DNA from: Roseibacillus sp. | GTDB taxonomy: Bacteria; Verrucomicrobiota; Verrucomicrobiia; Verrucomicrobiales; Akkermansiaceae | Direction: 5' to 3' | Assembly: GCA_051251855.1 (NCBI GenBank) | Contig: JBPOGI010000001.1 | Location: forward strand, 384,001 to 448,000 | DNA length: 64,000 bases | Shown here: one piece after another, positions 19,032 to 27,464 of the stretch | How the letters are laid out: every line of letters begins with the position of its first letter | How positions within the stretch are numbered: the stretch's first letter is position 1 | The notes under the pieces: generated by a model | Told to the model about the DNA's origin: nothing | The model's input: the letters and a program-made list of their open reading frames with translations, nothing else | Database searches by the model: none | Made by a program: the position numbers and the translations under genes

Positions 19032-21197
19032 TCACTCCGGAAGAATGGCCAAGTGGTCGTATGGGGCTTCTGTTGCAGGAACTGGTTTGACCACGATGCG
19101 GGCATCCAACGCCATGACGCCTCCCGGATGAGCGACTAGGGGGTTGATGTCCAGTTCGACGATCTCGGGCAGCTCACAGACGAGTTGAGATAATCTTAGT
19201 AGGGCGTGCACGAGTTGTGCTTCATCGACGGGTGGCATGTTCCGGAACGGTCCCAGCAAGCGCGCTACCTTTGTGCGTGAAATCATGTGATGAATCAGGA
19301 CTTCATTCAGTGGCGGAAGGGCGACGGCCCGGTCTTTGAAAACCTCGACTGTGACTCCCCCTGAACCGAAGCTAATGGCAGGACCAAAAACTTCATCACT
19401 GATGACTCCTGCAATCAATTCTCTCGCATGGCTGGGCCGGAACATGGGTTCGATTGTCACTCCGCAGATATTCGCTTCAGGTGCGACCTTTCTGATTCGC
19501 TTGAGCATTGTTTGATAGGCTTCTTCGACCTGATTCGCATCTGTGAGATTGAGTTCGATCCCTCCGACATCTGATTTGTGGGTGAGTTCTGGGGAGCTGA
19601 TTTTGAGCGCGACGGGATAGCCCACCTCTTCGGCAGCATCGATCGCCTCTTGCACGCTTGTCGCTTCGCGTGTGGGAATGATGGGGATCTGAAATGCTTC
19701 GAGAATACGTTTTGACTCGATTGCGGTGAGTTGCTCACGTCCGCTATCGAGAGCTTCCCTGATGACTCGACGTGCCGTTTGAACCTCGGCAGGTCGATGG
19801 TCCCGCAGTGGGCTTGGGAGCTCTAACATCATCTTTTGATTGCGACGGTATTGCGCGAGATGAGAGAAGGCAGCCATGGCGCTTTCCGGAGTGGAGAAGG
19901 AGGGGATGTCGGCCTCGGTGAAAAGATGCCGGGCTCCTTCCACTTGCTTGCCGCCCATCCAACAGGCGAGCACCGGTTTCTGAGATTCTGTGTGCGCGGT
20001 CATTGTGGCCTGCGCCACCGCAATTGGGTCAGTCATGGCCTGTGGGGTGAGCATGGCCAGCACCGCATCAATATTCTTATCGGCGAGGCATACGCGGAGG
20101 GCTCCACGATACCTATCTACTCCTGCATCTCCGAGAATGTCCGCAGGGTTTGCATGCGACCATTGGGGAGGTAGGCAGGCGTTGAGTTTCTCGAGAGTGC
20201 TTGCTTCGAACTCGGGCAACCTTACGCCCAGTTCGCTGGCGCAATCGGCAGCGATCACTCCAGGTCCTCCCGCATTACTCACAATCGCGAGACCGTTACC
20301 TCTCACTTGGCAATTGCTAGAGAGAATCCGGGCAGCTGAAAAGAGTTCTTCAAAGGTTCTGACGCGCACGACACCTGTCCGCTCCAATGCGGCATCAAAA
20401 ACATCATCCGCTCCAACGAAGGCGCCCGTGTGCGAAACAGCGGCTTTGGCTCCAGCTTGGTGACGTCCTGCCTTCATCACAATAACGGGTTTCAACTGTG
20501 CGGCTGCTCGCAGTCCTCTTAAGAAGGATCGCGCATGATGGACGCCTTCGATATAGAGAAGGATACTGTTCGTTTTCTCATCGCGAGCGAGAAAATCGAG
20601 CATTTCACCTAAATCAATATCAGCAGTGGCTCCGAGTGACACCACTGCCGAAAACCCGATTTCTTGGGACTCCGCCCAATCTAGGATTGCGGTGCAGAGG
20701 GCTCCGCTTTGGGAGATTAAAGCAAGGTTTCCAGACAGGGCACCGTTTTTGCTAAAGGTGGCATTGAGACCAGCCGAGGGGCGCATCACTCCGAGGCAGT
20801 TTGGACCGACGAAGCGAATGTTCGCCCGTTGAGCAGCGGAGAGGACTTTATCTTGCAGGAGTCGGCCCTCAGTGCCTATTTCGGCAAATCCAGCCGAGAG
20901 AACAATCGCCGCTGGTATTTTGGCTTTACCGCATTGCTCAATAATTTTGGGAACAGAGTTCGCAGGAGTAGCGATGACCGCCAAGTCGATTGAGTCCTCT
21001 AGGGAGGCAAGATCAGGATAGCATTTGTGTTGAAGAACGGTCTTCCGCTTCGGATTGATCGGAATGACCTTTCCTTTGAATCCAAAGGAAAGGAGGTTCT
21101 CAAAGACACGCCCTCCGACTGATTCGGATCGCGTGCTCGCTCCAAAAACGGCAATGGTCTTGGGCGCAAAAAGAGGACTGAGGGAGTGTCCTTTCAT
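19032..21197 (-). CDS. Acetate/acyl-CoA ligase (ADP-forming) family, fused alpha+beta, no GNAT domain
   Basis: IAVFGAS, VGPNCLG, ISQSGA, SHTGA, NAGGPGV, NPADILGDA; ATP-grasp HKSDVGG and ELDINPL. Confidence 0.88.
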   Translation of the reverse strand: MKGHSLSPLFAPKTIAVFGASTRSESVGGRVFENLLSFGFKGKVIPINPKRKTVLQHKCYPDLASLEDSIDLAVIATPANSVPKIIEQCGKAKIPAAIVLSAGFAEIGTEGRLLQDKVLSAAQRANIRFVGPNCLGVMRPSAGLNATFSKNGALSGNLALISQSGALCTAILDWAESQEIGFSAVVSLGATADIDLGEMLDFLARDEKTNSILLYIEGVHHARSFLRGLRAAAQLKPVIVMKAGRHQAGAKAAVSHTGAFVGADDVFDAALERTGVVRVRTFEELFSAARILSSNCQVRGNGLAIVSNAGGPGVIAADCASELGVRLPEFEASTLEKLNACLPPQWSHANPADILGDAGVDRYRGALRVCLADKNIDAVLAMLTPQAMTDPIAVAQATMTAHTESQKPVLACWMGGKQVEGARHLFTEADIPSFSTPESAMAAFSHLAQYRRNQKMMLELPSPLRDHRPAEVQTARRVIREALDSGREQLTAIESKRILEAFQIPIIPTREATSVQEAIDAAEEVGYPVALKISSPELTHKSDVGGIELNLTDANQVEEAYQTMLKRIRKVAPEANICGVTIEPMFRPSHARELIAGVISDEVFGPAISFGSGGVTVEVFKDRAVALPPLNEVLIHHMISRTKVARLLGPFRNMPPVDEAQLVHALLRLSQLVCELPEIVELDINPLVAHPGGVMALDARIVVKPVPATEAPYDHLAILPE

Positions 21198-21217
21198 CTG
21201 GTAAAAGGGGATGTGGT

Positions 21218-21901
21218 TTAGTCAGGCACGTTCCCGTCCGTCTCTTTTCGTTCCCGACGTTCTTCGTCCGTTAGATCATACCCTAGCATGCCGGCGGCGA
21301 GGGCCTCCCAGACAAAGGCCGAGGCTTTCTGAATCTTCCGCCCAATCACCGGGAGCTCTTCCTTGGACGCCTCGCCAAGCTCTCTGAGTTCCCCAGAGAA
21401 TTTTTTTGCAATTTTTTGGATGTTCTCTTTTTCCCGGTCCAGAGCTTCTTCGGTATGGGTTTTGCTCAATTTCAGGTGAATGTGGAGGGTCTCCATTTTG
21501 TCCTCGAGTTTCCGGACCTTGGCCACAAAGTCTTTGTAGCGGAGAATGCCCTCATGATCTTCTGCCGATTCGATCAGCTGTATGGTGGAGTCCATGGCGG
21601 CGAGGGACTTCAGAATACCTTCTTTTTGTTCCCGAAAGGCGTCCTCGGTTTCCATGCGTGCCAGGGTGAGTTGTAGCTCAAGGTCATCGAGTTGCTGTTT
21701 AAGTTCGTGCCATTCGATTCCGAGGGTTTCGTTGAGTCCATCCGCCTGTTCGGGGAATCCTGCGGAGGCCTTCTTCAGGTCCTGACAGTGTTCCTCGAAT
21801 TGGTGGATAGCTTGGTCGGTATCGAGGGCCATTTCACTTTCGATCTTCTCTAGCTTGGCCGCGAGTTGTTCGATTGTTTTGGTAGTCTGATTTGTCGTCA
21901 T
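21218..21901 (-). CDS. Uncharacterised coiled-coil protein, copy 2
   Basis: 227-aa paralogue of 14513-15196. Confidence 0.8.
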   Translation of the reverse strand: MTTNQTTKTIEQLAAKLEKIESEMALDTDQAIHQFEEHCQDLKKASAGFPEQADGLNETLGIEWHELKQQLDDLELQLTLARMETEDAFREQKEGILKSLAAMDSTIQLIESAEDHEGILRYKDFVAKVRKLEDKMETLHIHLKLSKTHTEEALDREKENIQKIAKKFSGELRELGEASKEELPVIGRKIQKASAFVWEALAAGMLGYDLTDEERRERKETDGNVPD

Positions 21902-21920
21902 TTTATTTTTCTGTAAGTGA

Positions 21921-22658
21921 TTAGAAGAGAAGCTTGAGAGCCGCCATAAGTAATATCCCAGCGAGGAAGCTCAGAAAATGGATGGTGTTTTTGTGTGTGT
22001 CGGAATGTTTGTTAATCTCAGGAACGAGATCGGAAGCTCCAATATAGAGGAAGTTTCCCGCTGCCAGTGGCACGAGAAAGGCGATGTCTAAATTGAAGGA
22101 GGCGAAGTAAGCAACGAGGCCTCCAACCAAGAAGGTGAGGGCTGAGAGGGCATTAAAGAGTAGTGCCTTTCGCTTGTCCCATCCTCCATGAATCAATACC
22201 CCAAAGTCACCGAGTTCCTGGGGGACCTCATGTGCCGCTGCTGCCAGCCAGCTCATGATTCCTAGACGGATGTCGATCAGGAAAGTGCCGCCAATCGCAA
22301 GCCCACCGATGAAATTATGGAGGCCGTCTCCGATTAAAATCAGATAGGTGAGTGGCTCCTTGCACTCAGTCTCGGCCCGGTGACAGTGATGCCAATGAAG
22401 GAACTGCTCCAGAGCAAAGAAGGTTGTGAAGCCCGCGAGAATCCAAAGATAGAATCCGACCTTGTCCCCGTATTCGGCTAAACCTGCCGGAATCATGTGC
22501 AGAAAGGCACCGCCAATGAGGGAACCCGCAGCAAAGGCGACTAGCGGCAATAGGATTTTGTCGAGAGCCTCTTTTTTTAGAAAGAGAGTCACACTCCCAA
22601 CCAAAGCAATAGCACTCATGAGGAGGCCACTGCTGAGAATCCAAAAGAAGGCACTCAC
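21921..22658 (-). CDS. ZIP-family metal transporter
   Basis: HWHHCH loop, DGLHNFIGG, HEVPQELGDF, AAGNFLYIGASDLVPE. Confidence 0.92.
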   Translation of the reverse strand: MSAFFWILSSGLLMSAIALVGSVTLFLKKEALDKILLPLVAFAAGSLIGGAFLHMIPAGLAEYGDKVGFYLWILAGFTTFFALEQFLHWHHCHRAETECKEPLTYLILIGDGLHNFIGGLAIGGTFLIDIRLGIMSWLAAAAHEVPQELGDFGVLIHGGWDKRKALLFNALSALTFLVGGLVAYFASFNLDIAFLVPLAAGNFLYIGASDLVPEINKHSDTHKNTIHFLSFLAGILLMAALKLLF

Positions 22659-22667
22659 AACACGGGA

Positions 22668-23234
22668 TTAAGCCTCACTAGAGGAATGATTTTTGAGGAA
22701 GCGATGGCTGAGGAAAGTAGCGATGATGAGGAGGGCGATCCATACAGGGGCTGGCACTGGGGTAGCTTCATCGAGGCGGATTTTTCCCAGGACGCCCACG
22801 GACAGGATATGCTCATTGACCCATCCGTAGGAGAGCGCGTAGAGAATTCCTCCTACGAGCATGCCCACCATTCCGATCAAGGCGTGGACACTTCCAATCG
22901 CTGCTGCAGCGATTCCGGTGCCGGGGCAATATCCATAGATCACCATGCCAGCTCCAAAGAGGAGCCCTCCCAGGGAGACTCCGAGGACGAGGGTGTCCTT
23001 GATATGGTATCCCGCAATCCAGTCCATGCGGGCAAAGAGATAAACGCCGATGCTCCCCACGGTGATGGCGGTGAGCATGACCTTGGGGACGGTCATGTCC
23101 CTGAAGCGGAAGAAGTTGACGATGACGTTGTAGTCAGTGACACGGCCTTTATTGAGAAGGAACCCAAAGAGAGTGCCGAAGACTGCGGCGAGAATGAGTC
23201 CTGCGGTGGATGAGGTTTCGATGGGTAGGTTCAT
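22668..23234 (-). CDS. YeeE/YedE-family sulfur-compound transporter half
   Basis: GGLLFGAGMVIYGYCPGTG; likely ATG at 23234. Confidence 0.85.
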   Translation of the reverse strand: MNLPIETSSTAGLILAAVFGTLFGFLLNKGRVTDYNVIVNFFRFRDMTVPKVMLTAITVGSIGVYLFARMDWIAGYHIKDTLVLGVSLGGLLFGAGMVIYGYCPGTGIAAAAIGSVHALIGMVGMLVGGILYALSYGWVNEHILSVGVLGKIRLDEATPVPAPVWIALLIIATFLSHRFLKNHSSSEA

Positions 23235-23247
23235 AAGAATGTTTGGA

Positions 23248-23802
23248 CTATTTTTTAAAGAGGAGGCGAGCTGTGATGACGCCACCGACAAACATTGCAG
23301 CGAAGAAGAGCCATCCCGAAACGGCGAGTTGGAGAGTGCCACTGATGGCGTGACCGCTGGTGCAGCCTCCGGCCATACGTGCACCGTAGAGAACGAGCGC
23401 TCCGCCACCAAAGGCTGCGAGGAAACGCTTCCATGGCTGTCCTCCGAAGTGTTCTTGCCAGACCGTGGGGACAAGTTCCGCGCGGAAGGTCTTTGATATC
23501 ATGGAACTCAGAAATGCGCCGACGGCGGTGAAGATAAGAAAGATGGTGGAGTAGCCAAACTTGGGAACTGTTTTGACCCAGTAGGTATTGGTTGCAACGA
23601 ATTCGTCGCCGCCGAGGGCCTTAAGCGTCCAGCCGGAGAGCTTAGAGACTTCAGTGGACATACCGAGTGGCTTGTCCACGAAGAGGAAGACGAACCAACT
23701 CAAGATTCCGATACCTGCACCCACAAGGTAGGGGTTCCAGGTCGCTTGTGCGAGGAAGCATGAAAATTCACCTTTCGGAGAACGAGATGAGATAGTCTTC
23801 AC
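23248..23802 (-). CDS. YeeE/YedE-family sulfur-compound transporter half
   Basis: WNPYLVGAGIG; GARMAGGCTSGHAISG. Confidence 0.88.
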   Translation of the reverse strand: MKTISSRSPKGEFSCFLAQATWNPYLVGAGIGILSWFVFLFVDKPLGMSTEVSKLSGWTLKALGGDEFVATNTYWVKTVPKFGYSTIFLIFTAVGAFLSSMISKTFRAELVPTVWQEHFGGQPWKRFLAAFGGGALVLYGARMAGGCTSGHAISGTLQLAVSGWLFFAAMFVGGVITARLLFKK

Positions 23803-24032
23803 AACTCGCAGGCTAGGGAGCCTGCTCGAGTAGGACTGTGCAGGGATTGCTCTAGACCTCGCGGAGATTGAGACGCTCTTAGGACTTCATCGATCTCATT
23901 ACCGGAAGTATTTAAATTCAGAGGAGGTTTTTCGCAAGGAGCTGCAACCTCCATTGAAGATCGGTCAACTGTGTTTGAAAGAATTGGATTCTTCCGCAGT
24001 TGAGCCGATGTGGTCTCATTTTTCCGCAATCC

Positions 24033-24611
24033 TCACTTTCGGGCGAGAGTATAGGTGTCGCCCTTTTCCTTGTTGTTCGATGTCTCTATCGTAAGTCCGG
24101 GATCGAGAGCGCGAACAGTGTTCTGTAAAAGCTCATGAAGAGTGTGCTTTGCCAGTTCGACTTCATCGATTCCAGTGCGATCGGCCGCTTCGCGGATAGG
24201 ATGTCTGCTGAACTGGTAGAGTGTGTTCTGTGCGGAATCTTCCACCGTGAAGGTCGTATTGAGGGAGTTGAGAAGGCAGCGTACAGCCAAGCGGGCGCGA
24301 TCCTCTGGGGTGCGCTCGGAGGTCTGCTTCGTGATGTGCCGTGCGATCGCGGTGCCCAAGGCATGACTGAAGCCATCAACGATATGCTCGCTTTCCTCAG
24401 CTTCCCCTGTGTCGCTCGACAAGGCTTCTTCTAGCAGGATTTCGCTTAAATCAATGGCATCATTTTCTTCATCGATCGTTCCCCAGAGATGAAATCCTTC
24501 GCTGTCATTCCCACCGAGATAGACCGTCCGTTGATACATGGGAATGTCTCGTGGGGCTCCACTGCGGGCGATATAGCTGTAAACGGGAGTGACTGTGGAT
24601 TCAGAGTTCAT
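24033..24611 (-). CDS. Hypothetical soluble protein
   Basis: 192-aa ORF with ATG 9 nt after the gpmA stop; protein-like composition. Confidence 0.65.
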   Translation of the reverse strand: MNSESTVTPVYSYIARSGAPRDIPMYQRTVYLGGNDSEGFHLWGTIDEENDAIDLSEILLEEALSSDTGEAEESEHIVDGFSHALGTAIARHITKQTSERTPEDRARLAVRCLLNSLNTTFTVEDSAQNTLYQFSRHPIREAADRTGIDEVELAKHTLHELLQNTVRALDPGLTIETSNNKEKGDTYTLARK

Positions 24612-24620
24612 AATGACTGG

Positions 24621-25349
24621 TTAGTTTGGTAGTTTGTGAGGGGTTGTAAGATGTTCTTGATGGCTCAGGTACTTTCTTGAAGAAGCTGAGAGATCTGGGT
24701 TCAGTTTATAGACTAGAGGAATACCGGTGGGGACTTCTAAGTCTTCAACGTCCGTATCCGATAGTCCGTCGAAATATTTGATGAGGGCGCGAAAGGTATT
24801 GCCGTGCGCTACAATGAGGATGCGCTCTCCACTTTGGACTTGGGGTGCGATGCTCTCCAGCCAATAGGCTACAGTGCGTTTGAGAACATCTTGCAGGCTT
24901 TCAGTAAACGGAATTTCGGTTCTTGAGAGGCTTGAGTAGCGAGGGTCCTTAATGGGGTTTCTCGCATCATCTTCGGTGATGGCTGGAGGGCGGGGGTGAT
25001 AGCCACGCCTCCAGAGTTGGACCTGTTCGTCACCGTGCTTGCGCGCGGTCTCCGCTTTGTTGAGGCCCTGTAACTTTCCGTAGTGGCGTTCGTTGAGGTG
25101 CCAGTCTTTGACCACCGGCAGCCAGGCTTGGTCCAGTTCATCCATCACGCCCCACGCGGTATGCACGGCGCGTTTCAACAGGGAGGTGTAGACTCGGTCA
25201 AAGGTGGAGTCCTCTTTTCGTAGAAGTTGGCCCGCGCGCTGGGCTTCCTTCCGGCCTTGTTCGCACAGGTCTACATCAGTCCAGCCTGTGAACCTGTTCT
25301 CCAGATTCCACTGACTGAACCCGTGCCTGAGTAGCGTGAGTTGATGCAT
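24621..25349 (-). CDS. gpmA: 2,3-bisphosphoglycerate-dependent phosphoglycerate mutase
   Basis: LRHG.SQWNLENRFTGWTDVDL, LNERHYGKLQGLNK, VAHGN. Confidence 0.95.
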   Translation of the reverse strand: MHQLTLLRHGFSQWNLENRFTGWTDVDLCEQGRKEAQRAGQLLRKEDSTFDRVYTSLLKRAVHTAWGVMDELDQAWLPVVKDWHLNERHYGKLQGLNKAETARKHGDEQVQLWRRGYHPRPPAITEDDARNPIKDPRYSSLSRTEIPFTESLQDVLKRTVAYWLESIAPQVQSGERILIVAHGNTFRALIKYFDGLSDTDVEDLEVPTGIPLVYKLNPDLSASSRKYLSHQEHLTTPHKLPN

Positions 25350-25364
25350 TGAACGCCCTTTTTC

Positions 25365-26135
25365 TTAGCGCGCGGTGTATCCGCCATCAATGACAAGTTC
25401 ACTTCCGGTGACAAATTTGGATTCATCGGATGCGAGATAGATGGCTCCATAGGCGATGTCCTCAGGCTGGCCGACATGCCCTATGGGGTGGAGACTATCC
25501 AAGGTTTCACGAAACTTATCAGGACCTTCCGGGGAGCGGTTCCCGAGCTCTTCCACTAGCGGAGTCCAGATGAATCCAGGATGAATTGAATTTACTCGGA
25601 TGCCTTTCGAAGCGTAGAAGAGCGCGTCTGTCTTTGTCATCAGGCGCACGGCTCCCTTGGAGGCGTGATAGGCTGGTAAGTCCGGTGCACTAACGAGTCC
25701 GTAGATTGAAGAGAGATTGATGATGCTGCCTCCGCTTGTTTTTAGAAGATAGGGGATGGCATGCTTGGTGCACAGAAAGACTCCTTTGACATTGACGTTG
25801 ATGACCTTGTCCCATTCTTCTTCCGTCACTTCGTGAGTTGGCTTGCTCACCCCGGCAATGCCCGCGTTGTTTACCAGAATGTCGATGCGGCCGTGCTTGT
25901 CGAATGTTGCTTTCATGACGGATTCGACGTTGCTGGAATCTGTCACATCAAGGCTGAGAAAGTCAGCGCTGCCGCCAGCGTCGCGGATTTCCTGAGCGGC
26001 GGCCTCACCTTCTCTTTCAAGTAGGTCCGCGATGACAACGAGTGCTCCTTCTGCAGCAAATTGTTTAGCGATGGATTCTCCGATGCCGAGTGCGGCGCCT
26101 GTGACGATAGCTATTTTGTCCTTAAGTCGATTCAT
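25365..26135 (-). CDS. Short-chain dehydrogenase/reductase
   Basis: TGAALGIG, NNAG, YHASKG, RVNSIHPG. Confidence 0.93.
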   Translation of the reverse strand: MNRLKDKIAIVTGAALGIGESIAKQFAAEGALVVIADLLEREGEAAAQEIRDAGGSADFLSLDVTDSSNVESVMKATFDKHGRIDILVNNAGIAGVSKPTHEVTEEEWDKVINVNVKGVFLCTKHAIPYLLKTSGGSIINLSSIYGLVSAPDLPAYHASKGAVRLMTKTDALFYASKGIRVNSIHPGFIWTPLVEELGNRSPEGPDKFRETLDSLHPIGHVGQPEDIAYGAIYLASDESKFVTGSELVIDGGYTAR

Positions 26136-26333
26136 TGTTCTCTTAGATTTCTTCGGAGCTTACTCCGATATTTTCAGCACTACTGACTCCTGACTGCCCT
26201 TGGATCCGCTAATATTGCGAGAATAGTCTTTGGTTCAGCCACACTTCCGGAAAAAGAGCGCTAGCATACCGCTAATGTTCATTAGAAGTTGAGCTAGATT
26301 GCGTTCTGAAGCGTTTGAATACTGGCTCACAAG

Positions 26334-27458
26334 TTAGTGGCTTGAGGCGAGTGATTTGCGGAAGAGTTGCAGGCTGAGAAGAAAGAAGATGCAGCCTTGG
26401 CCGACTACGACCGCGAATTGAGGCCAGACAATTTGGAAATCAGCTCCTCGGAAAATAATGGCTTGAGAGCTTGATATGAAGTGCCGGGAGGGGAGGAGCC
26501 AAGTGAGTTTACGAAGCCATTCAGGTTGGCTTTCAATGGGGGTGACCCCACCGGAAAGAAGTTGCACGACTAGGATTGTGACGATGAATAGGAGTGCGAA
26601 CTGTGCCATGGAGCGTGCGATGGTGCCGAGGAGAATTCCCAAGGCGGTGGCAAAGAAAAGGTAAAGGACCGTGCCCGTCAGGAAGAGTGGGATGGACCCT
26701 GCGATGGGCACTTGCAGTAGTCTTATCACTACGAAATACAGTGACAGTGCAACACCCAGGAGAAGCACGAGACTATTTGCCCACACCTTGGACATGGCGA
26801 TGTCAAAGGAGGTAAGAGGCATGACCAGCAGGTGTTCTAAGGTGCCGTGTTCGCGCTCGCGAATGAGAGCCGCTCCGGTCAGAATGACAGTGAGCATGGT
26901 GATTTGGTCAATGAGAGCGACGATGCTGGCAAACCAGGCCGTTGTGCGGTTCGGGTTAAAGGCGGTGTGGGTAATGATGTTCACTGGGTAGCTATTCGAT
27001 TCCTCCGAACCGGTGGCGTAGCGGTTGATCTCCTTGGCTAGAATATTTTGCACATAACTGGCTCCCACTCCGGCTTGGATGACGGCGGTGGCATCAATAT
27101 TCAGCTGAATCGTGGGCTGTCGTCCGTCCCGCACATCGGCCTCAAAATTGGGTGGGACATTGACAATGAAAATATAGTGACCTTCATCCATTGCTTCGTC
27201 CATTTCTGAGGAATCAATGAGTTCAGGTTCAAAGAAGCTCGGCGGATAGAAGGCCTTGACCATCTTGCGAGAAAGCGCGGAATGATCCTCATCGACAAAG
27301 GCTATGGAAGCGTTGTGGACTTCGGTAGAAGTGCCCTTGGCCATGGTGTAAACACTGAAGGTGAGAGCCCAGATGAGCAGAGCGATGACGAGCTTGTCCT
27401 GAGAAAGACTACGCAGTTCCTTGATGCCGAGCCAGAAGATGTTCTTGAAGCGTATCAT
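26334..27458 (-). CDS. yhhJ: ABC-2 permease (YhhJ-like)
   Basis: WLGIKELRSL...; TGAALIREREHGTLEHLLVMP; follows rbbA. Confidence 0.85.
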   Translation of the reverse strand: MIRFKNIFWLGIKELRSLSQDKLVIALLIWALTFSVYTMAKGTSTEVHNASIAFVDEDHSALSRKMVKAFYPPSFFEPELIDSSEMDEAMDEGHYIFIVNVPPNFEADVRDGRQPTIQLNIDATAVIQAGVGASYVQNILAKEINRYATGSEESNSYPVNIITHTAFNPNRTTAWFASIVALIDQITMLTVILTGAALIREREHGTLEHLLVMPLTSFDIAMSKVWANSLVLLLGVALSLYFVVIRLLQVPIAGSIPLFLTGTVLYLFFATALGILLGTIARSMAQFALLFIVTILVVQLLSGGVTPIESQPEWLRKLTWLLPSRHFISSSQAIIFRGADFQIVWPQFAVVVGQGCIFFLLSLQLFRKSLASSH

Positions 27459-27464
27459 GGTTTG

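Noticed and set aside
23799..24029. 76-aa ORF between the hypothetical gene and YeeE
   Set aside because: TTG start, no recognisable features; more likely a promoter region
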